64,000 nucleotides of DNA from Candidatus Omnitrophota bacterium (GCA_003141835.1 PLNR01000006.1:78558-142557), one strand, 5' to 3'; shown: positions 50,554 to 60,728, counted from the stretch's first letter. Made by a program: numbers and translations. The notes: generated by a model from the sequence alone, not told the origin.

Positions 50554-50745
50554 TCAGATACCACCTCCTTCCTCTATTGTCCACACATCGTCAAACCGCT
50601 TCTTTTCCGAGACCTCTACCTGGACTATCTTCGAATTATGCACGGTGATGTTTATCGTGCCGTATTTCAGGCCGCGGACCGAATTGTTAAGCTCCTTGAT
50701 TATAGCGTCATTGATTATGCTCTTGTTCTGCTTATCCGTCTCCAT
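50554..50745 (-). CDS. YezD/DUF2292 small protein
   Basis: LKYGTINITVHNSKIVQVEVSEKKRF signature; sulfur-gene context. Confidence 0.85.
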   Translation of the reverse strand: METDKQNKSIINDAIIKELNNSVRGLKYGTINITVHNSKIVQVEVSEKKRFDDVWTIEEGGGI

Positions 50746-50765
50746 CGTCTTTTTCCTGTCCGGCC

Positions 50766-50945
50766 TTAGCCCAATAGTTTGTCGCCATGGGCCCAGTTCT
50801 CGCCGTTGACCTCGTCGAAGACCAGATACAGGCTATCTTTAGGTTTTCCGGCCACTTTCAGGAGCGTCTCTGAAAATCTCTCGGCGATCTCTTTCTTCTG
50901 TTCTTTCGTCAGCTTACCGACCAACTTTAAATTTACGAACGGCAT
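50766..50945 (-). CDS. 4-oxalocrotonate tautomerase-family protein (59 aa, missed by ORF track)
   Basis: MPFVNLKLVGKLTKEQKKEIAERFSETLLKVAGKPKDSLYLVFDEVNGENWAHGDKLLG; N-terminal Pro; GGAGGAG RBS. Confidence 0.88.
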   Translation of the reverse strand: MPFVNLKLVGKLTKEQKKEIAERFSETLLKVAGKPKDSLYLVFDEVNGENWAHGDKLLG

Positions 50946-50959
50946 CTTCTCCTCCTTTT

Positions 50960-51406
50960 TTAAATTACGTAATTGTATGCGGCCGCAGACCCGTATTTAT
51001 TCTTCTGCTTCTCTACTATATCCTCGAGCGTTACCGATTCCAATATCTGCAAAAATTTTTCCGATAATTCACTCCAAATATCCCTCGTTGCGCACGTCTC
51101 AGACCTTTTACACACGGCGGAATCGTCTACGCACGTGACAAAAGTTATAGGCCCTTCCACCGCCAGCAATATCTCTTTCAGGGTTATGTGGGCCGGCGGC
51201 CTGGCCAGGGAATAACCTCCGTGAGCGCCCCTGACAGACGTTATCAGGCCTGCGTTTTTCAAGGGCGGTACCAAATGCCACAGGTATTTCTCCGATATCT
51301 CCTGTCTTTTGGCTGCATCCTTCAGGAAAACAGGCTGCTCACCGAAATGAAGCGCCAGGTCCAGCATCAGCCGCGTCCCATACCTGCCTTTTGTCGTTAA
51401 CTTCAT
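50960..51406 (-). CDS. Rrf2-family regulator (IscR/CymR-like, three Cys)
   Basis: MKLTTKGRYG, ISEKYL, RGAHGGY, C-x6-C-x5-C. Confidence 0.92.
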   Translation of the reverse strand: MKLTTKGRYGTRLMLDLALHFGEQPVFLKDAAKRQEISEKYLWHLVPPLKNAGLITSVRGAHGGYSLARPPAHITLKEILLAVEGPITFVTCVDDSAVCKRSETCATRDIWSELSEKFLQILESVTLEDIVEKQKNKYGSAAAYNYVI

Positions 51407-51432
51407 CAGGACCTCTCCTTATTTCATTTCCT

Positions 51433-51483
51433 ACTAATTCCATTGAATTGGTGTAATTATAGCACCAAAAAAAACTCTGTCAA
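51433..51483 (-). promoter_or_regulatory. Sigma70 promoter plus candidate Rrf2 operator
   Basis: TTGACA-16nt-TATAAT (51483-51456); imperfect inverted repeat ACTAATTC-4-GAATTGGT at 51433-51452 over the predicted TSS. Confidence 0.65.
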
Positions 51484-51501
51484 GTAAAAAAATGTACCCG
51501 C

Positions 51502-52170
51502 CTATTCGAGCTTTTCAGGATGGTGCCTTACGACCTTCGCCTGGACCATGTATATCACGTCCTCGGCGATGTTTGTCGCGTGGTCGCAGATGCGCTCGAG
51601 ATGGCGGGCTATCAGGAGGAGCGGCACCGCGCGCGGGGCGGTGGACTTATCCTTGGCTATGTAATCGTTTATAAGCTCGTCCTGGACAAAATTCCTCAGT
51701 TTATCGGCTTCCGGATCCGTAAGGACGACCTTCTTCGCCAATTCTATGTCCCTGTTGACGAAAGCGTCTATCCCCTGCTTTACCATGCTTTGCGCTATGG
51801 CGCAGAGCTTCGGTATGTCGACCAGGGGCTTGAGCAATGGCTTATCCACTATCTCGAGGACGCGCTGCGCGATATCGACCGCGAGGTCGGCTATCCTCTC
51901 GAGCTCGTTGTTAAGCTTCATAGCAGTAGTGATGAACCTGAGGTCTATGGCGATCGGCTGGTGCAGGGCAAGCATCTCAAGGCAGCGCTCTTCTATCTCG
52001 AGCTCCATCATGTCTATCTGCTTGTCCGAATCGATGACCTTCAGGGCCAGGGCCTTGTCCTGCTCTTTAAGGGACTTGACCGAGCTCATTATCGCCTCCT
52101 CGGCCAGGGCGCCCATCTTTAATATTCGCGCGTTAAGATCCTTTAATTCCTCGTCAAAATGCCTTTCCAT
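51502..52170 (-). CDS. phoU: Phosphate signalling protein PhoU
   Basis: QPIAIDLR, LERIADLA, LERICDHATNIAE. Confidence 0.95.
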   Translation of the reverse strand: MERHFDEELKDLNARILKMGALAEEAIMSSVKSLKEQDKALALKVIDSDKQIDMMELEIEERCLEMLALHQPIAIDLRFITTAMKLNNELERIADLAVDIAQRVLEIVDKPLLKPLVDIPKLCAIAQSMVKQGIDAFVNRDIELAKKVVLTDPEADKLRNFVQDELINDYIAKDKSTAPRAVPLLLIARHLERICDHATNIAEDVIYMVQAKVVRHHPEKLE

Positions 52171-52592
52171 TATTTATCTCCTCTTTTGCGCTTATCCGCT
52201 TCCGCAACTTCGAATATGAGTTTCAGCACCTTCTCCTTGATAGTATCCCTTACCGTCCTGAAAAATTCTATGCCCTTGCCTTTCGGGTCAGGGATGTCCC
52301 ATTCGATATGTTTCTTCGCCGGTACGAAAGGGCACGTGTCCTGACAACCCATGGAAATGACATAGCCGAACTCCTTGACCGGCAGGTCGTTGAAACCTTT
52401 GGATTTCTGCGAAAATATATCCACCTTCTCTTCCCACATCACTTTCGTCGCGTACGGGTTTATCTTTCCCGATGGCTTGGAGCCGGCGCTGTAAGCTTCC
52501 AGCACATGCCCGCCGATGTTCCGCGCAAATCCCTCGGCCATCTGGCTGCGGCAGGAATTTTCTATGCACACGAACAATATTTTTTTCTTCAT
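52170..52592 (-). CDS. arsC: LMW-PTP-fold arsenate reductase
   Basis: CIENSCRSQMAE (C-x5-R), MGCQDTCP, WDIPDP. Confidence 0.8.
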   Translation of the reverse strand: MKKKILFVCIENSCRSQMAEGFARNIGGHVLEAYSAGSKPSGKINPYATKVMWEEKVDIFSQKSKGFNDLPVKEFGYVISMGCQDTCPFVPAKKHIEWDIPDPKGKGIEFFRTVRDTIKEKVLKLIFEVAEADKRKRGDK

Positions 52593-52653
52593 GGTTAGAC
52601 TCGCTCCTCTCGCTCACCATGACCCTGAGCAAACGTAGTGCGTCGAAGGGTCA
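52592..52653. repeat. Composite REP-like palindrome (TGGTT..GCTCACCA + CCCTGAGC..TCGAAGGG)
   Basis: TGGTTAGACTCGCTCCTCTCGCTCACCATGACCCTGAGCAAACGTAGTGCGTCGAAGGGTCA fills the pstB-arsC gap. Confidence 0.6.
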
Positions 52654-52654
52654 T

Positions 52655-53419
52655 TTAACCGAACCTCCCGGTGATATAATCTTCCGTCCTCTTGTCTTTC
52701 GGGGCCGTGAAGATATCCTGCGTCTTGCCGAATTCTATCAGTTCGCCCAGGAGGAAGAACGCGGTGTAATCCGAGACGCGGGCGGCCTGCTGCATGTTAT
52801 GGGTCACGATGACTATAGTATAATACTTTTTCAATTCGAGTATGAGCTCTTCTATCTTGCTGGTGGATATAGGATCGAGGCTCGCGCACGGCTCGTCGAA
52901 CAGCAATACCTCCGGCTCGACCGCGAGACAGCGCGCTATGCAAAGCCTCTGCTGCTGCCCGCCGGATAATTTGAGCGCGTTCTCGTGTATCCTGTCCTTT
53001 ACCTCGTCCCAGAGAGCTGCTTTTTTCAGCGACTCCCCGACCTTCTTCTCGATGAAATTCCCGTCGGTTATCCCGTTTATCTTAAGCCCGTAACTGACAT
53101 TCTCAAATATGCTCTTCGGGAACGGGTTCGGCTTCTGGAAGACCATCCCTATGCGCCTCCTGATCTCGACCGGGTCCACCGACGGGTCGAAGATGTCCTC
53201 TTCCTCCAGTAATATCGCCCCTTTCAATGACGTGTTGGGCACAAGCTCGTTCATCCGGTTCAAAAGCCTTATGAAAGTCGATTTGCCGCAACCCGACGGC
53301 CCTATGATGGCAGTAACCTGGTTCTTATAAATTTCAATGCTTACCGAACTCAACGCCTGGCGGCTCCCGTAAAAGAAATTTATATCCCTCGCCTCTATTT
53401 TGACTATCCGCCTATCCAT
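52655..53419 (-). CDS. pstB: Phosphate ABC transporter ATPase
   Basis: [31 protein letters not shown]. Confidence 0.96.
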   Translation of the reverse strand: MDRRIVKIEARDINFFYGSRQALSSVSIEIYKNQVTAIIGPSGCGKSTFIRLLNRMNELVPNTSLKGAILLEEEDIFDPSVDPVEIRRRIGMVFQKPNPFPKSIFENVSYGLKINGITDGNFIEKKVGESLKKAALWDEVKDRIHENALKLSGGQQQRLCIARCLAVEPEVLLFDEPCASLDPISTSKIEELILELKKYYTIVIVTHNMQQAARVSDYTAFFLLGELIEFGKTQDIFTAPKDKRTEDYITGRFG

Positions 53420-54263
53420 GGATGACCCTCTGTTTTTGCCGTATGACTATCGCTATGGTAGAGATCAATAAGACCAGGACCAAAAGTATCAAGCCGCATC
53501 CGTAGGCGATCGCCGCCTGTTTATCCGGATGCGTGCCTTCGGTCATCAACGCGTAAATGTGGTAAGGAAGCGCCATAACTTCCGAAAATACCGAATCCGG
53601 ATAATGCCGCGTATAAAATGTGGCTGCGGTAAAAAGGATCGGCGCCGTCTCTCCCGCGACGCGCCCGATGCTCAATATCACGCCTGTCAAAATACCGGGC
53701 AGGGCAGTCGGAAGGACGATCTTCTTTATCGTTTGCCATTTTGACGCGCCGAGTGCCAGGGAAGCTTCCCTTAAAGATTGGGGAACAGCCGTAAGCGCCT
53801 CCTGCGACGCGGATATTATCACGGGAAGGGCTAATATTCCTAACGTGAGGCTGCCGGATAATATCGAAACTCCGAATTTCATGTATTTTACGAATACCGC
53901 AAAACCAAAAAGCCCGAATACGACCGACGGGACGCCCGCGAGGTTGTTTATGCTCATCCTGATCAAATTCACCAACGCGCTTTTCGGGGAATATTCGCAA
54001 AGGTATATCGCGCACGCCAGGCCGAGCGGCAATGAGACGAGTATAGCTCCCATCGTAAGATAAAATGTCCCTAATATCGCCGGCGCCACGCCGCCTTCGG
54101 TCATCCCGTTCCGCGGGACCTGGGTCAGGAATTCCCACGATATGACCTTTATTCCCCTGATGGTAATAAAATAGATTATCGCCCCGAGGAAGAACAGGGT
54201 GACCGCCATGCAAAGGAAGAGCAGCGCAAAACCTATATTCTGCGTTACCTTGTGTTTTTTCAT
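53412..54263 (-). CDS. pstA: Phosphate ABC permease
   Basis: [28 protein letters not shown]. Confidence 0.95.
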   Translation of the reverse strand: MKKHKVTQNIGFALLFLCMAVTLFFLGAIIYFITIRGIKVISWEFLTQVPRNGMTEGGVAPAILGTFYLTMGAILVSLPLGLACAIYLCEYSPKSALVNLIRMSINNLAGVPSVVFGLFGFAVFVKYMKFGVSILSGSLTLGILALPVIISASQEALTAVPQSLREASLALGASKWQTIKKIVLPTALPGILTGVILSIGRVAGETAPILFTAATFYTRHYPDSVFSEVMALPYHIYALMTEGTHPDKQAAIAYGCGLILLVLVLLISTIAIVIRQKQRVIHG

Positions 54264-55144
54264 CCGCCCAACCCCAGTTTTATCCTGAACCTGCGGCTGA
54301 TAAGTTCAGCGACGATATTAAATACAAAAGTTATAAGGAACAGGACCAGCGCGATCGCGAAGAGCGAATGGTAATGCGCGCTGCCCATCGGCGCCTCGCC
54401 CATCTCAGCGGCTATGGCCGAGGTCATCGGCCGCACCGGTTCAAAGAACGAATGTGGTATAACGGCTGCGCCTCCGGCTACCATCAGGACCGTCATCGTC
54501 TCTCCTATGGCCCTGCTCATGCCGAGGATTATCGCCGTGGATATCCCTGAGCCTGCCGCCGGGATCACGACGTTCACAAGCGTCTGCCAACGGTTCGCGC
54601 CCACGGCGAATGAGGCCTCCCTGAAACTTTTCGGGACATAGCTCAGCGCGTCCTCGGCGATGCTGCAGACCGTAGGCGTCGCCATTATCCCCAGTGTAAG
54701 GCTCGCGGTGAAAGCGCATAATCCCGTCGGAAGATGGAGCAAATTTTGCAAAAAAGGCGCGATCATCATCATACCGAAAAATCCGTATACTACCGACGGT
54801 ATGCTGGCCAATATTTCGACAAGCGGTTTTAATACCGCCCTCTGCCGGTGGCCCGCCAGCTCGTTCAGGTAAAGGGCGCTTCCTACGCCTAACGGGACGC
54901 AGACGAACATTGCGCCTACGGTGACCCAGAACGACGCCAGTATCAAAGGCAGGATCCCGAATTCCGGCGGGTCAAATGTCGGATACCATGCCTTCCCGAA
55001 GATAAAGTCCGCCGGCTTGACCTCTTTAAATACCGGCAGCCCTTCTTTAAAAAGGACGATTATTATGCCGACCAGAAAAATAAGGGAAGAGAAGGCCAGC
55101 ACAGTGAAGATCCACCGGTAGGCCTTCTCTTTTAACTTAGCCAT
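54260..55144 (-). CDS. pstC: Phosphate ABC permease
   Basis: ASIPSVVYG, RAIGETM, IAAEMGE. Confidence 0.95.
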   Translation of the reverse strand: MAKLKEKAYRWIFTVLAFSSLIFLVGIIIVLFKEGLPVFKEVKPADFIFGKAWYPTFDPPEFGILPLILASFWVTVGAMFVCVPLGVGSALYLNELAGHRQRAVLKPLVEILASIPSVVYGFFGMMMIAPFLQNLLHLPTGLCAFTASLTLGIMATPTVCSIAEDALSYVPKSFREASFAVGANRWQTLVNVVIPAAGSGISTAIILGMSRAIGETMTVLMVAGGAAVIPHSFFEPVRPMTSAIAAEMGEAPMGSAHYHSLFAIALVLFLITFVFNIVAELISRRFRIKLGLGG

Positions 55145-55148
55145 ATGC

Positions 55149-55973
55149 TTATTTTAACGCTACAAACCCTTCTTCATCAACGATTTTCTGCCCGTCGTCG
55201 CTCATTATAAAATCGATGAACGCTTTGGTCGCGCCTTGCGGGGCGCCATTCGTATACATGAACAACGGCCTCGAGAGCGGGTATTTGCCGGAAAGGACCG
55301 TCTCTTTGGAAGGTTCAACCCCGTTTATGGGTATCGCCTTGACCTCACCGTTAATATATCCCAAGCCCACGTAACCTATCGCGCCCGGCGTCTTCGCTAT
55401 GACTGAAGCCACCGCCTGGTTAGAGGCCTGCATCAACGCGTCCGCCCTTACCTTATGGCCGTCAAGCGCGAGCGCGCCGAAAGCCTCGAACGTCCCGCTC
55501 GAGCTGTCGCGCGAGACGACTACTATCTTATCACCGGTCCCGCCCACATCGGACCATTTAGAGACCGAGCCGGTAAAGATCTCTTTCAGCTGCTGTTTCG
55601 TCAAAGCGCTCAGGCCGTTGGAGGGGTTCACTATCACCGCTATCCCGTCCATTGATATTACATTCGCTTTCGGGCTCTTGCCTCTCTGGCCCGCCTTCTC
55701 TAATTCGGCATCTTTCATCGAACGCGACGAATCACCGATATCGCAGGTGCCGTCTATCAATGACGCGATACCTACGCCGGAGCCGCCCCCGCGCACCGAT
55801 ATATCCACGGCCGGGTTCTTCGACATGAAAACCTCAGCTGCCTTCTGCGCGATCGGCAGGACCGTAGTCGATCCCTCGACCACTATCTTGTTAGTAGCTG
55901 CGGATGCCGCGGGCACACAGGAACCCGCAGCCACAAAGACCGCAATAACCGCCAACCAAATAACCTTTTTCAT
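55149..55973 (-). CDS. pstS: Phosphate-binding protein
   Basis: GSTTV, GGGSGVG, SRDSSSGT, YPLSRPL. Confidence 0.95.
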   Translation of the reverse strand: MKKVIWLAVIAVFVAAGSCVPAASAATNKIVVEGSTTVLPIAQKAAEVFMSKNPAVDISVRGGGSGVGIASLIDGTCDIGDSSRSMKDAELEKAGQRGKSPKANVISMDGIAVIVNPSNGLSALTKQQLKEIFTGSVSKWSDVGGTGDKIVVVSRDSSSGTFEAFGALALDGHKVRADALMQASNQAVASVIAKTPGAIGYVGLGYINGEVKAIPINGVEPSKETVLSGKYPLSRPLFMYTNGAPQGATKAFIDFIMSDDGQKIVDEEGFVALK

Positions 55974-55982
55974 TTTTCCTCC

Positions 55983-57284
55983 TTAGAATTTTATGTTCCA
56001 ATCCGCCTGGATAACCTGCGCCGGCAGCCTCGAGCTTTCGCTATCTGCTGTCAACCTGGTCAAATTATACGTGTTGAAATAACTGAGCGCAAGCCAGGAA
56101 TTCTTGCTCAGGCCGAAGTTTAACGATACATGATTGCCGCCCACGTTCGTCTTGCCTCCGTAGAAATCAGAATCCGGATAGGCATCCAAAAAGGCGTCCC
56201 TCTCGATGATCCTGTGGTCGTAGACCAGCTGCCACTGGTATTTATCCGCCACCTTCTCGTTGCCGATCTTGAAGCCGGCGATCCAACCTGTGCCCTTGGC
56301 GCTGGCGCTCATATTATCCATGTACTCGCCGAAGACAGCAAAGTACGGGAAACCCAGGTTATAACCGAAGAACGGCTCGGTAAAACCCAGTTCCAGTTTC
56401 GGGACGACAGAGTTGTAATCATTTTGGTAGACTATGTCACTGGTCCTGCCCTGGTCGGAATTCCTTGCAAGGGTGTTCGTCCCGGGAGTATTGGCTATCT
56501 GCGTCTGGCCTTTTACTTCGGCCAACCAGAAATCGACTGTGGATTTCAGTTTGACGTTGTCAAGCACGCTCCAGGAAACACCCGGCTGGATGACATTCTG
56601 CAGTTGGTTCTTTGATTTCGGAAAGGTGTCACCCAGATACAGGAAACCGTAGTTCAAAAACACATTGGCGCTTGGATTGACATTATAGCTTAACTGCAGC
56701 GCTGCGCCTTCGGGATTGATATCAGGATCCACGAGCGCGTTTATCGGTTCCCAGAACGGGTTCTTGAATTTACCCGCCGTGAAAGTGGTATCGACCGGCG
56801 CTGTCCACTGAGGCAGATACTGGCCGTAACCGTAGTCCAGTATTATATTCTTGAACGAAAAACCGTTGCCTAAAGTTACATTCGTGGATTTCGGGTCAGT
56901 GGTCGTTCCGGTAGCTATACCCAAACCCACCTTGAAATCCTCGATCACCCTCGTTTCGGCGCCGAGCCTTACCCTTATCCTATCCCTGTTCTCCTCTGTA
57001 CCGGTCGTAGTCGCGCTCTTCGCCTTGTCCCACTGGTACCTGTTCCTGAAATCGCCCTTGAATTTGATATCCTGCACCCACTGCGGGATATTTGCCGCCT
57101 TGCCTTGCGCTACTTCTTTCCTTGCTTCCTCTTTCGTTTCTGCGAGGACCTGCGCGCCTTCCCCCTGCGTCAGGACACCCTTGTCTACGAGCTTCTGGAC
57201 GAGGATCTCCATCTCGCCCGCGTAGGAACGGCTTGCCAACAGAACCATCCCCATCACGCCTAACAGCAACGTCGCCTTTTTCAT
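55983..57284 (-). CDS. Putative porin (Porin_5-type) heading the pst operon
   Basis: Start MKKATL after GAGGAG; LVDKGVLT..E coiled coil, KFKGDFRNRY, C-terminal DWNIKF. Confidence 0.8.
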   Translation of the reverse strand: MKKATLLLGVMGMVLLASRSYAGEMEILVQKLVDKGVLTQGEGAQVLAETKEEARKEVAQGKAANIPQWVQDIKFKGDFRNRYQWDKAKSATTTGTEENRDRIRVRLGAETRVIEDFKVGLGIATGTTTDPKSTNVTLGNGFSFKNIILDYGYGQYLPQWTAPVDTTFTAGKFKNPFWEPINALVDPDINPEGAALQLSYNVNPSANVFLNYGFLYLGDTFPKSKNQLQNVIQPGVSWSVLDNVKLKSTVDFWLAEVKGQTQIANTPGTNTLARNSDQGRTSDIVYQNDYNSVVPKLELGFTEPFFGYNLGFPYFAVFGEYMDNMSASAKGTGWIAGFKIGNEKVADKYQWQLVYDHRIIERDAFLDAYPDSDFYGGKTNVGGNHVSLNFGLSKNSWLALSYFNTYNLTRLTADSESSRLPAQVIQADWNIKF

Positions 57285-57380
57285 ACCCTCTCCTCTTTTT
57301 GTTGGACTTCCGGTTAGCATGGTGGTTTTTTAACTTCAAGGAGAGTATAAGATTTGAAGGTTACGGACAAAGGGAGGAAA

Positions 57381-57397
57381 TGTGAACTTTCTGTGAA
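57381..57397 (-). promoter_or_regulatory. Pho box upstream of porin-pstSCAB
   Basis: TTCACA-N5-TTCACA, 11-bp period, upstream of a TATACT -10. Confidence 0.75.
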
Positions 57398-57424
57398 CTA
57401 TAAACGGGGTATTTTAGGGGGGTT

Positions 57425-59197
57425 TCAGGCCTTGGGGACGGTAAAACTGAAGGTGGAGCCGTGGCAAGCTTCTGACTTTACCCACACTTGTCCACCATGG
57501 GACTGGACGATGTGTTTAACGATGGATAGGCCGAGGCCTGTGCCGCCGAGCTGGCGTGAACGGGCCTTATCTACCCGGTAGAACCTCTCAAAGACCCTCG
57601 GGAGGTCGCTTTCCGGGATCCCGACGCCGGTATCGGTGACATCGACTTGAAGATACTTATCCTGCGGGAAGACCGAGACCTTCACCGACCCGCCTTCAGG
57701 GGTATATTTTATCGCGTTATCGAGCAGGTTCAAGAATACCTGCGAAAGCCTGTTCTCGTCCGCCATGACCTTAGGCAGGCCCTCAGGAATATTAAATTCT
57801 ACCTTAATGGACTTATCGCGAGCTGATTTTTCAAGCACTCCGGCAGAACGTTTTACTACCGGGGCTATTCCCACAGGCATGAAGACCATGGCCATTTTGC
57901 CCGATTCTATCTTCGAAAGGTCAAGTAGGTCATCTATGAGCTTCGCCAGGCGGTCGCTCTCGCGGTAAATTATCCCGAGGAACTCCTGCCGTTCTTCCGC
58001 TTTCGGCACGCCGTCCATAAGCGTTTCCGAATATCCCTTTATGCTCGAGAGCGGGGTCCTCAACTCGTGCGATACGTTAGCGACAAAATCCTGCCTTACC
58101 TTCTCTAGCCGGCGCAGCTCGGTTATATCATGGAAGACGAATATTGCCCCGTCAACCTGATTTTCTTTCATTATCGCGACGCCGCTGACTTTAATGGATT
58201 TTTCCTCGGGGCTGCTTACGGATATCTCCTCCGCGGCTATCCTCTGGCCGCCTTTAAGCACTCGGTCGACGATATTTTGGACGGCGGAGTTGCGGACCAC
58301 TTCGAGCGGGGTCTTCCCCTCGGGCGCCGTATCGATAAAGAACAGCTTCCTGAGCGAAGGGTTCGCCAGGATTATCTTTCCTTTTGCGTCCGTCACTATG
58401 ACGCCTTCCACCATGCCGGAAAGCACCGTCTCGAGTTTCGCCTCGCCCGACCTTACTTTTTCTATCTTGGCCTTTATTTCATCTGACATATAATTCAATG
58501 TCGCGGCAAGGTCACCTATCTCGTCCCGGGAAACGTTAAATATTTTCCTGGAAAAATCCCCTGATGCCATCGCCTTCGCCGCCGATGAGATATTAGCCAG
58601 CGGGCGCGTCACGGCCATGGATATCAGGAAGCTCAGGATCAGCGAAGCAAAAAAGACCATTATGACCCCGACCGCCAGTATCTTCTGCATCCCTGATTCG
58701 AATTCCGCGACTTTTGCGACCGGGATCACGAGGCGCAGTATGGCCGCGGGTTTGTCCTTCCCGACGACCGCGGCGTTATAGAGCATGTACTTCTTTAAGG
58801 TATAGCTATAACGCTGGCTGGCCCCGAAACCCTCTTTCAACGCCTGTTGGACCTCGGGACGGCCCAGGTGGTTCTCTAATTTCGGCAGGTCTTCTTTTTT
58901 TACTTCAGAGTCGCCGAGCACGATCCCGTCCGGCGCGATAATCGTCACCCTGACGCCGAGGTCCGCTCCTATCCTGTCAGCCAAAGCCGCGGATCCCGCA
59001 GCCGCAGGCTGCCTACTGAACTCACTCTCCAGATAATCCTTGCTCAAGATGAGCTCTTTTTTCAGGTTGCTCTCGATATCCCTCAGGAGGAAAGATTTCA
59101 GGTGGGAATTAAAATATGTGTAGGCCGCCGCCAGGATAAAAACAGCGAGCAGGCAGAAGATCGCCGTCAATTTCCACTGCAGTTTAATCCTCATCAC
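57425..59197 (-). CDS. phoR: Phosphate sensor histidine kinase
   Basis: Cache-TM-HAMP-PAS; FVANVSHELRTPL, NAIKYT, GGTGLGL. Confidence 0.93.
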   Translation of the reverse strand: MMRIKLQWKLTAIFCLLAVFILAAAYTYFNSHLKSFLLRDIESNLKKELILSKDYLESEFSRQPAAAGSAALADRIGADLGVRVTIIAPDGIVLGDSEVKKEDLPKLENHLGRPEVQQALKEGFGASQRYSYTLKKYMLYNAAVVGKDKPAAILRLVIPVAKVAEFESGMQKILAVGVIMVFFASLILSFLISMAVTRPLANISSAAKAMASGDFSRKIFNVSRDEIGDLAATLNYMSDEIKAKIEKVRSGEAKLETVLSGMVEGVIVTDAKGKIILANPSLRKLFFIDTAPEGKTPLEVVRNSAVQNIVDRVLKGGQRIAAEEISVSSPEEKSIKVSGVAIMKENQVDGAIFVFHDITELRRLEKVRQDFVANVSHELRTPLSSIKGYSETLMDGVPKAEERQEFLGIIYRESDRLAKLIDDLLDLSKIESGKMAMVFMPVGIAPVVKRSAGVLEKSARDKSIKVEFNIPEGLPKVMADENRLSQVFLNLLDNAIKYTPEGGSVKVSVFPQDKYLQVDVTDTGVGIPESDLPRVFERFYRVDKARSRQLGGTGLGLSIVKHIVQSHGGQVWVKSEACHGSTFSFTVPKA

Positions 59198-59879
59198 CTT
59201 CCCTGCATCTGTAGCCCAGCCCTCTTACGGTTTCCAGCAGTTCTCCGGCCTTGCCCAGTTTTTCCCTCAACCTCTTGATGTGCGTATCGATGGTGCGCGT
59301 ATCGACATCGGCGGCGATATCCCAGACGTCAGTCAGCAGCTGTTCGCGCGACTGGACGCGGCCCTGCCTCTCGACCAATGTCGCGAGCAATTTGAATTCC
59401 ATCGGCGTGAGCTCTACATCCTTGCGGTTCGCCGTGACTTTATGCTTCGCGATATCTATGGTGATATTCCCCGCCTTTAGGACATTTTTCTTTATCTCCG
59501 GGACTTTTCCGCGCCTCAATATCGCTTTTACCCTCAGGACGAGCTCGCGCGGGCTGAACGGCTTTACGATATAATCATCGGCGCCTAATTCCAACCCCAC
59601 GACCCTGTCGACCTCTTCACCCTTTGCCGTTACCATGATGACCGGGATATTCTTGAGCTTGGGGTCCTGTTTTATGGAGCGGCAGACTTCGAAACCGTCT
59701 ATCTTGGGAAGCATCAGGTCGAGGATGACCAGGTCGGTGTGGTATTTTTTGAGGTGTTCGAGGGCCTCCTCGCCGCTCGGGACCGCGAAGGCGTCATAAC
59801 CATCTTTCTCCAGGTTGAATTTTATAAGCCTGGAGATGTTCTTGTCGTCTTCTACTATAAGGATCTCTTCTTTTTGCAT
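59184..59879 (-). CDS. phoB: Phosphate response regulator
   Basis: Start re-set to MQKEEILIVEDD; LDLMLP, KPFSPREL, TRTIDTHIKRLR. Confidence 0.9.
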   Translation of the reverse strand: MQKEEILIVEDDKNISRLIKFNLEKDGYDAFAVPSGEEALEHLKKYHTDLVILDLMLPKIDGFEVCRSIKQDPKLKNIPVIMVTAKGEEVDRVVGLELGADDYIVKPFSPRELVLRVKAILRRGKVPEIKKNVLKAGNITIDIAKHKVTANRKDVELTPMEFKLLATLVERQGRVQSREQLLTDVWDIAADVDTRTIDTHIKRLREKLGKAGELLETVRGLGYRCREGDED

Positions 59880-60514
59880 TTTTTGCTTACCTGTAAAAGG
59901 TCTGTGAGTTTCCCGGCTATCCCGCACGGCCGGGCTTTCTTCAATTCCGAATGCGACGAAGAACCGCCCAGGACCGCGACAACTTTCACGCCCGCGTTAT
60001 GGCCGGCATGGACGTCGACCGTCATGTCTCCGACATACAGGGCTTCGCTTTTTTTGACGCCCAGTTCTTTCAATATCCTCGGTATCAGGAAAGGTTTCGG
60101 CTTTATCTCGGTCTTATCTTTCGCGCACGCGATAGCGTCGAAATATTTAACAAGGCCGAGGTGCTTTAACAGTATCATGCTGAACTTCGGAGGCCTGTTG
60201 CTGGCAACAGCGAGCTTATAGCCCCTCTTCTTAAGGTCCCGCAAAAGCTGCCTTGCCCCGGGTATGACCTTCGAATATTTCAAAAGCGCTTTCCCGTGAT
60301 GCGCGCGATATAGCTTTAACCCCTCCGCGACATCCTTCTTCTCGACGAAATACTCTATGAAATTCTTGTCGCCGTGCCCGACTGCCCTGCGCGCGACAGC
60401 CATCTTCGCCTTGGGATATCCGAGCTTTACCAGGGTATAATTCAGGCTCTTCTCGATCGCGGTATACGCGTCGACTATCGTCCCGTCTATATCGAATATT
60501 ATCAGTTTAAGCAT
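59855..60514 (-). CDS. HAD-family phosphatase (phosphoglycolate phosphatase-like)
   Basis: FDIDGT, KP.P, YVGDM.VD. Confidence 0.88.
   Translation of the reverse strand: MLKLIIFDIDGTIVDAYTAIEKSLNYTLVKLGYPKAKMAVARRAVGHGDKNFIEYFVEKKDVAEGLKLYRAHHGKALLKYSKVIPGARQLLRDLKKRGYKLAVASNRPPKFSMILLKHLGLVKYFDAIACAKDKTEIKPKPFLIPRILKELGVKKSEALYVGDMTVDVHAGHNAGVKVVAVLGGSSSHSELKKARPCGIAGKLTDLLQVSKKCKKKRSL
59892..59908 (-). promoter_or_regulatory. Candidate Pho box just upstream of phoB, inside the HAD gene
   Basis: CTCACA-N5-TTTACA, 11-bp period, 12 nt from the phoB ATG. Confidence 0.45.
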
Positions 60515-60728
60515 CTATTTCGAATATCTTCTGTTTGGAGGTGCGGCCCTTTATGAGGCTTACCCTTGATTTCGCGATATCGAAATGCCCGGCGAGGGCT
60601 TTGGCGACCGCCTCGTTCGCTTTCCCGTCGGTAGGTTTCGCCTTCACCCATACCGCGTACTTGCTATCATCGATCTTTTCGACCTTCTCCCGGCTGGAGC
60701 TGGCCTTGACCTTGACGCTGATCTTCAA
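60507..60728 (-). CDS. DUF167/YggU family protein
   Basis: P.DGKANEA, GRTSKQK. Confidence 0.88.
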   Translation of the reverse strand: MKISVKVKASSSREKVEKIDDSKYAVWVKAKPTDGKANEAVAKALAGHFDIAKSRVSLIKGRTSKQKIFEIDA

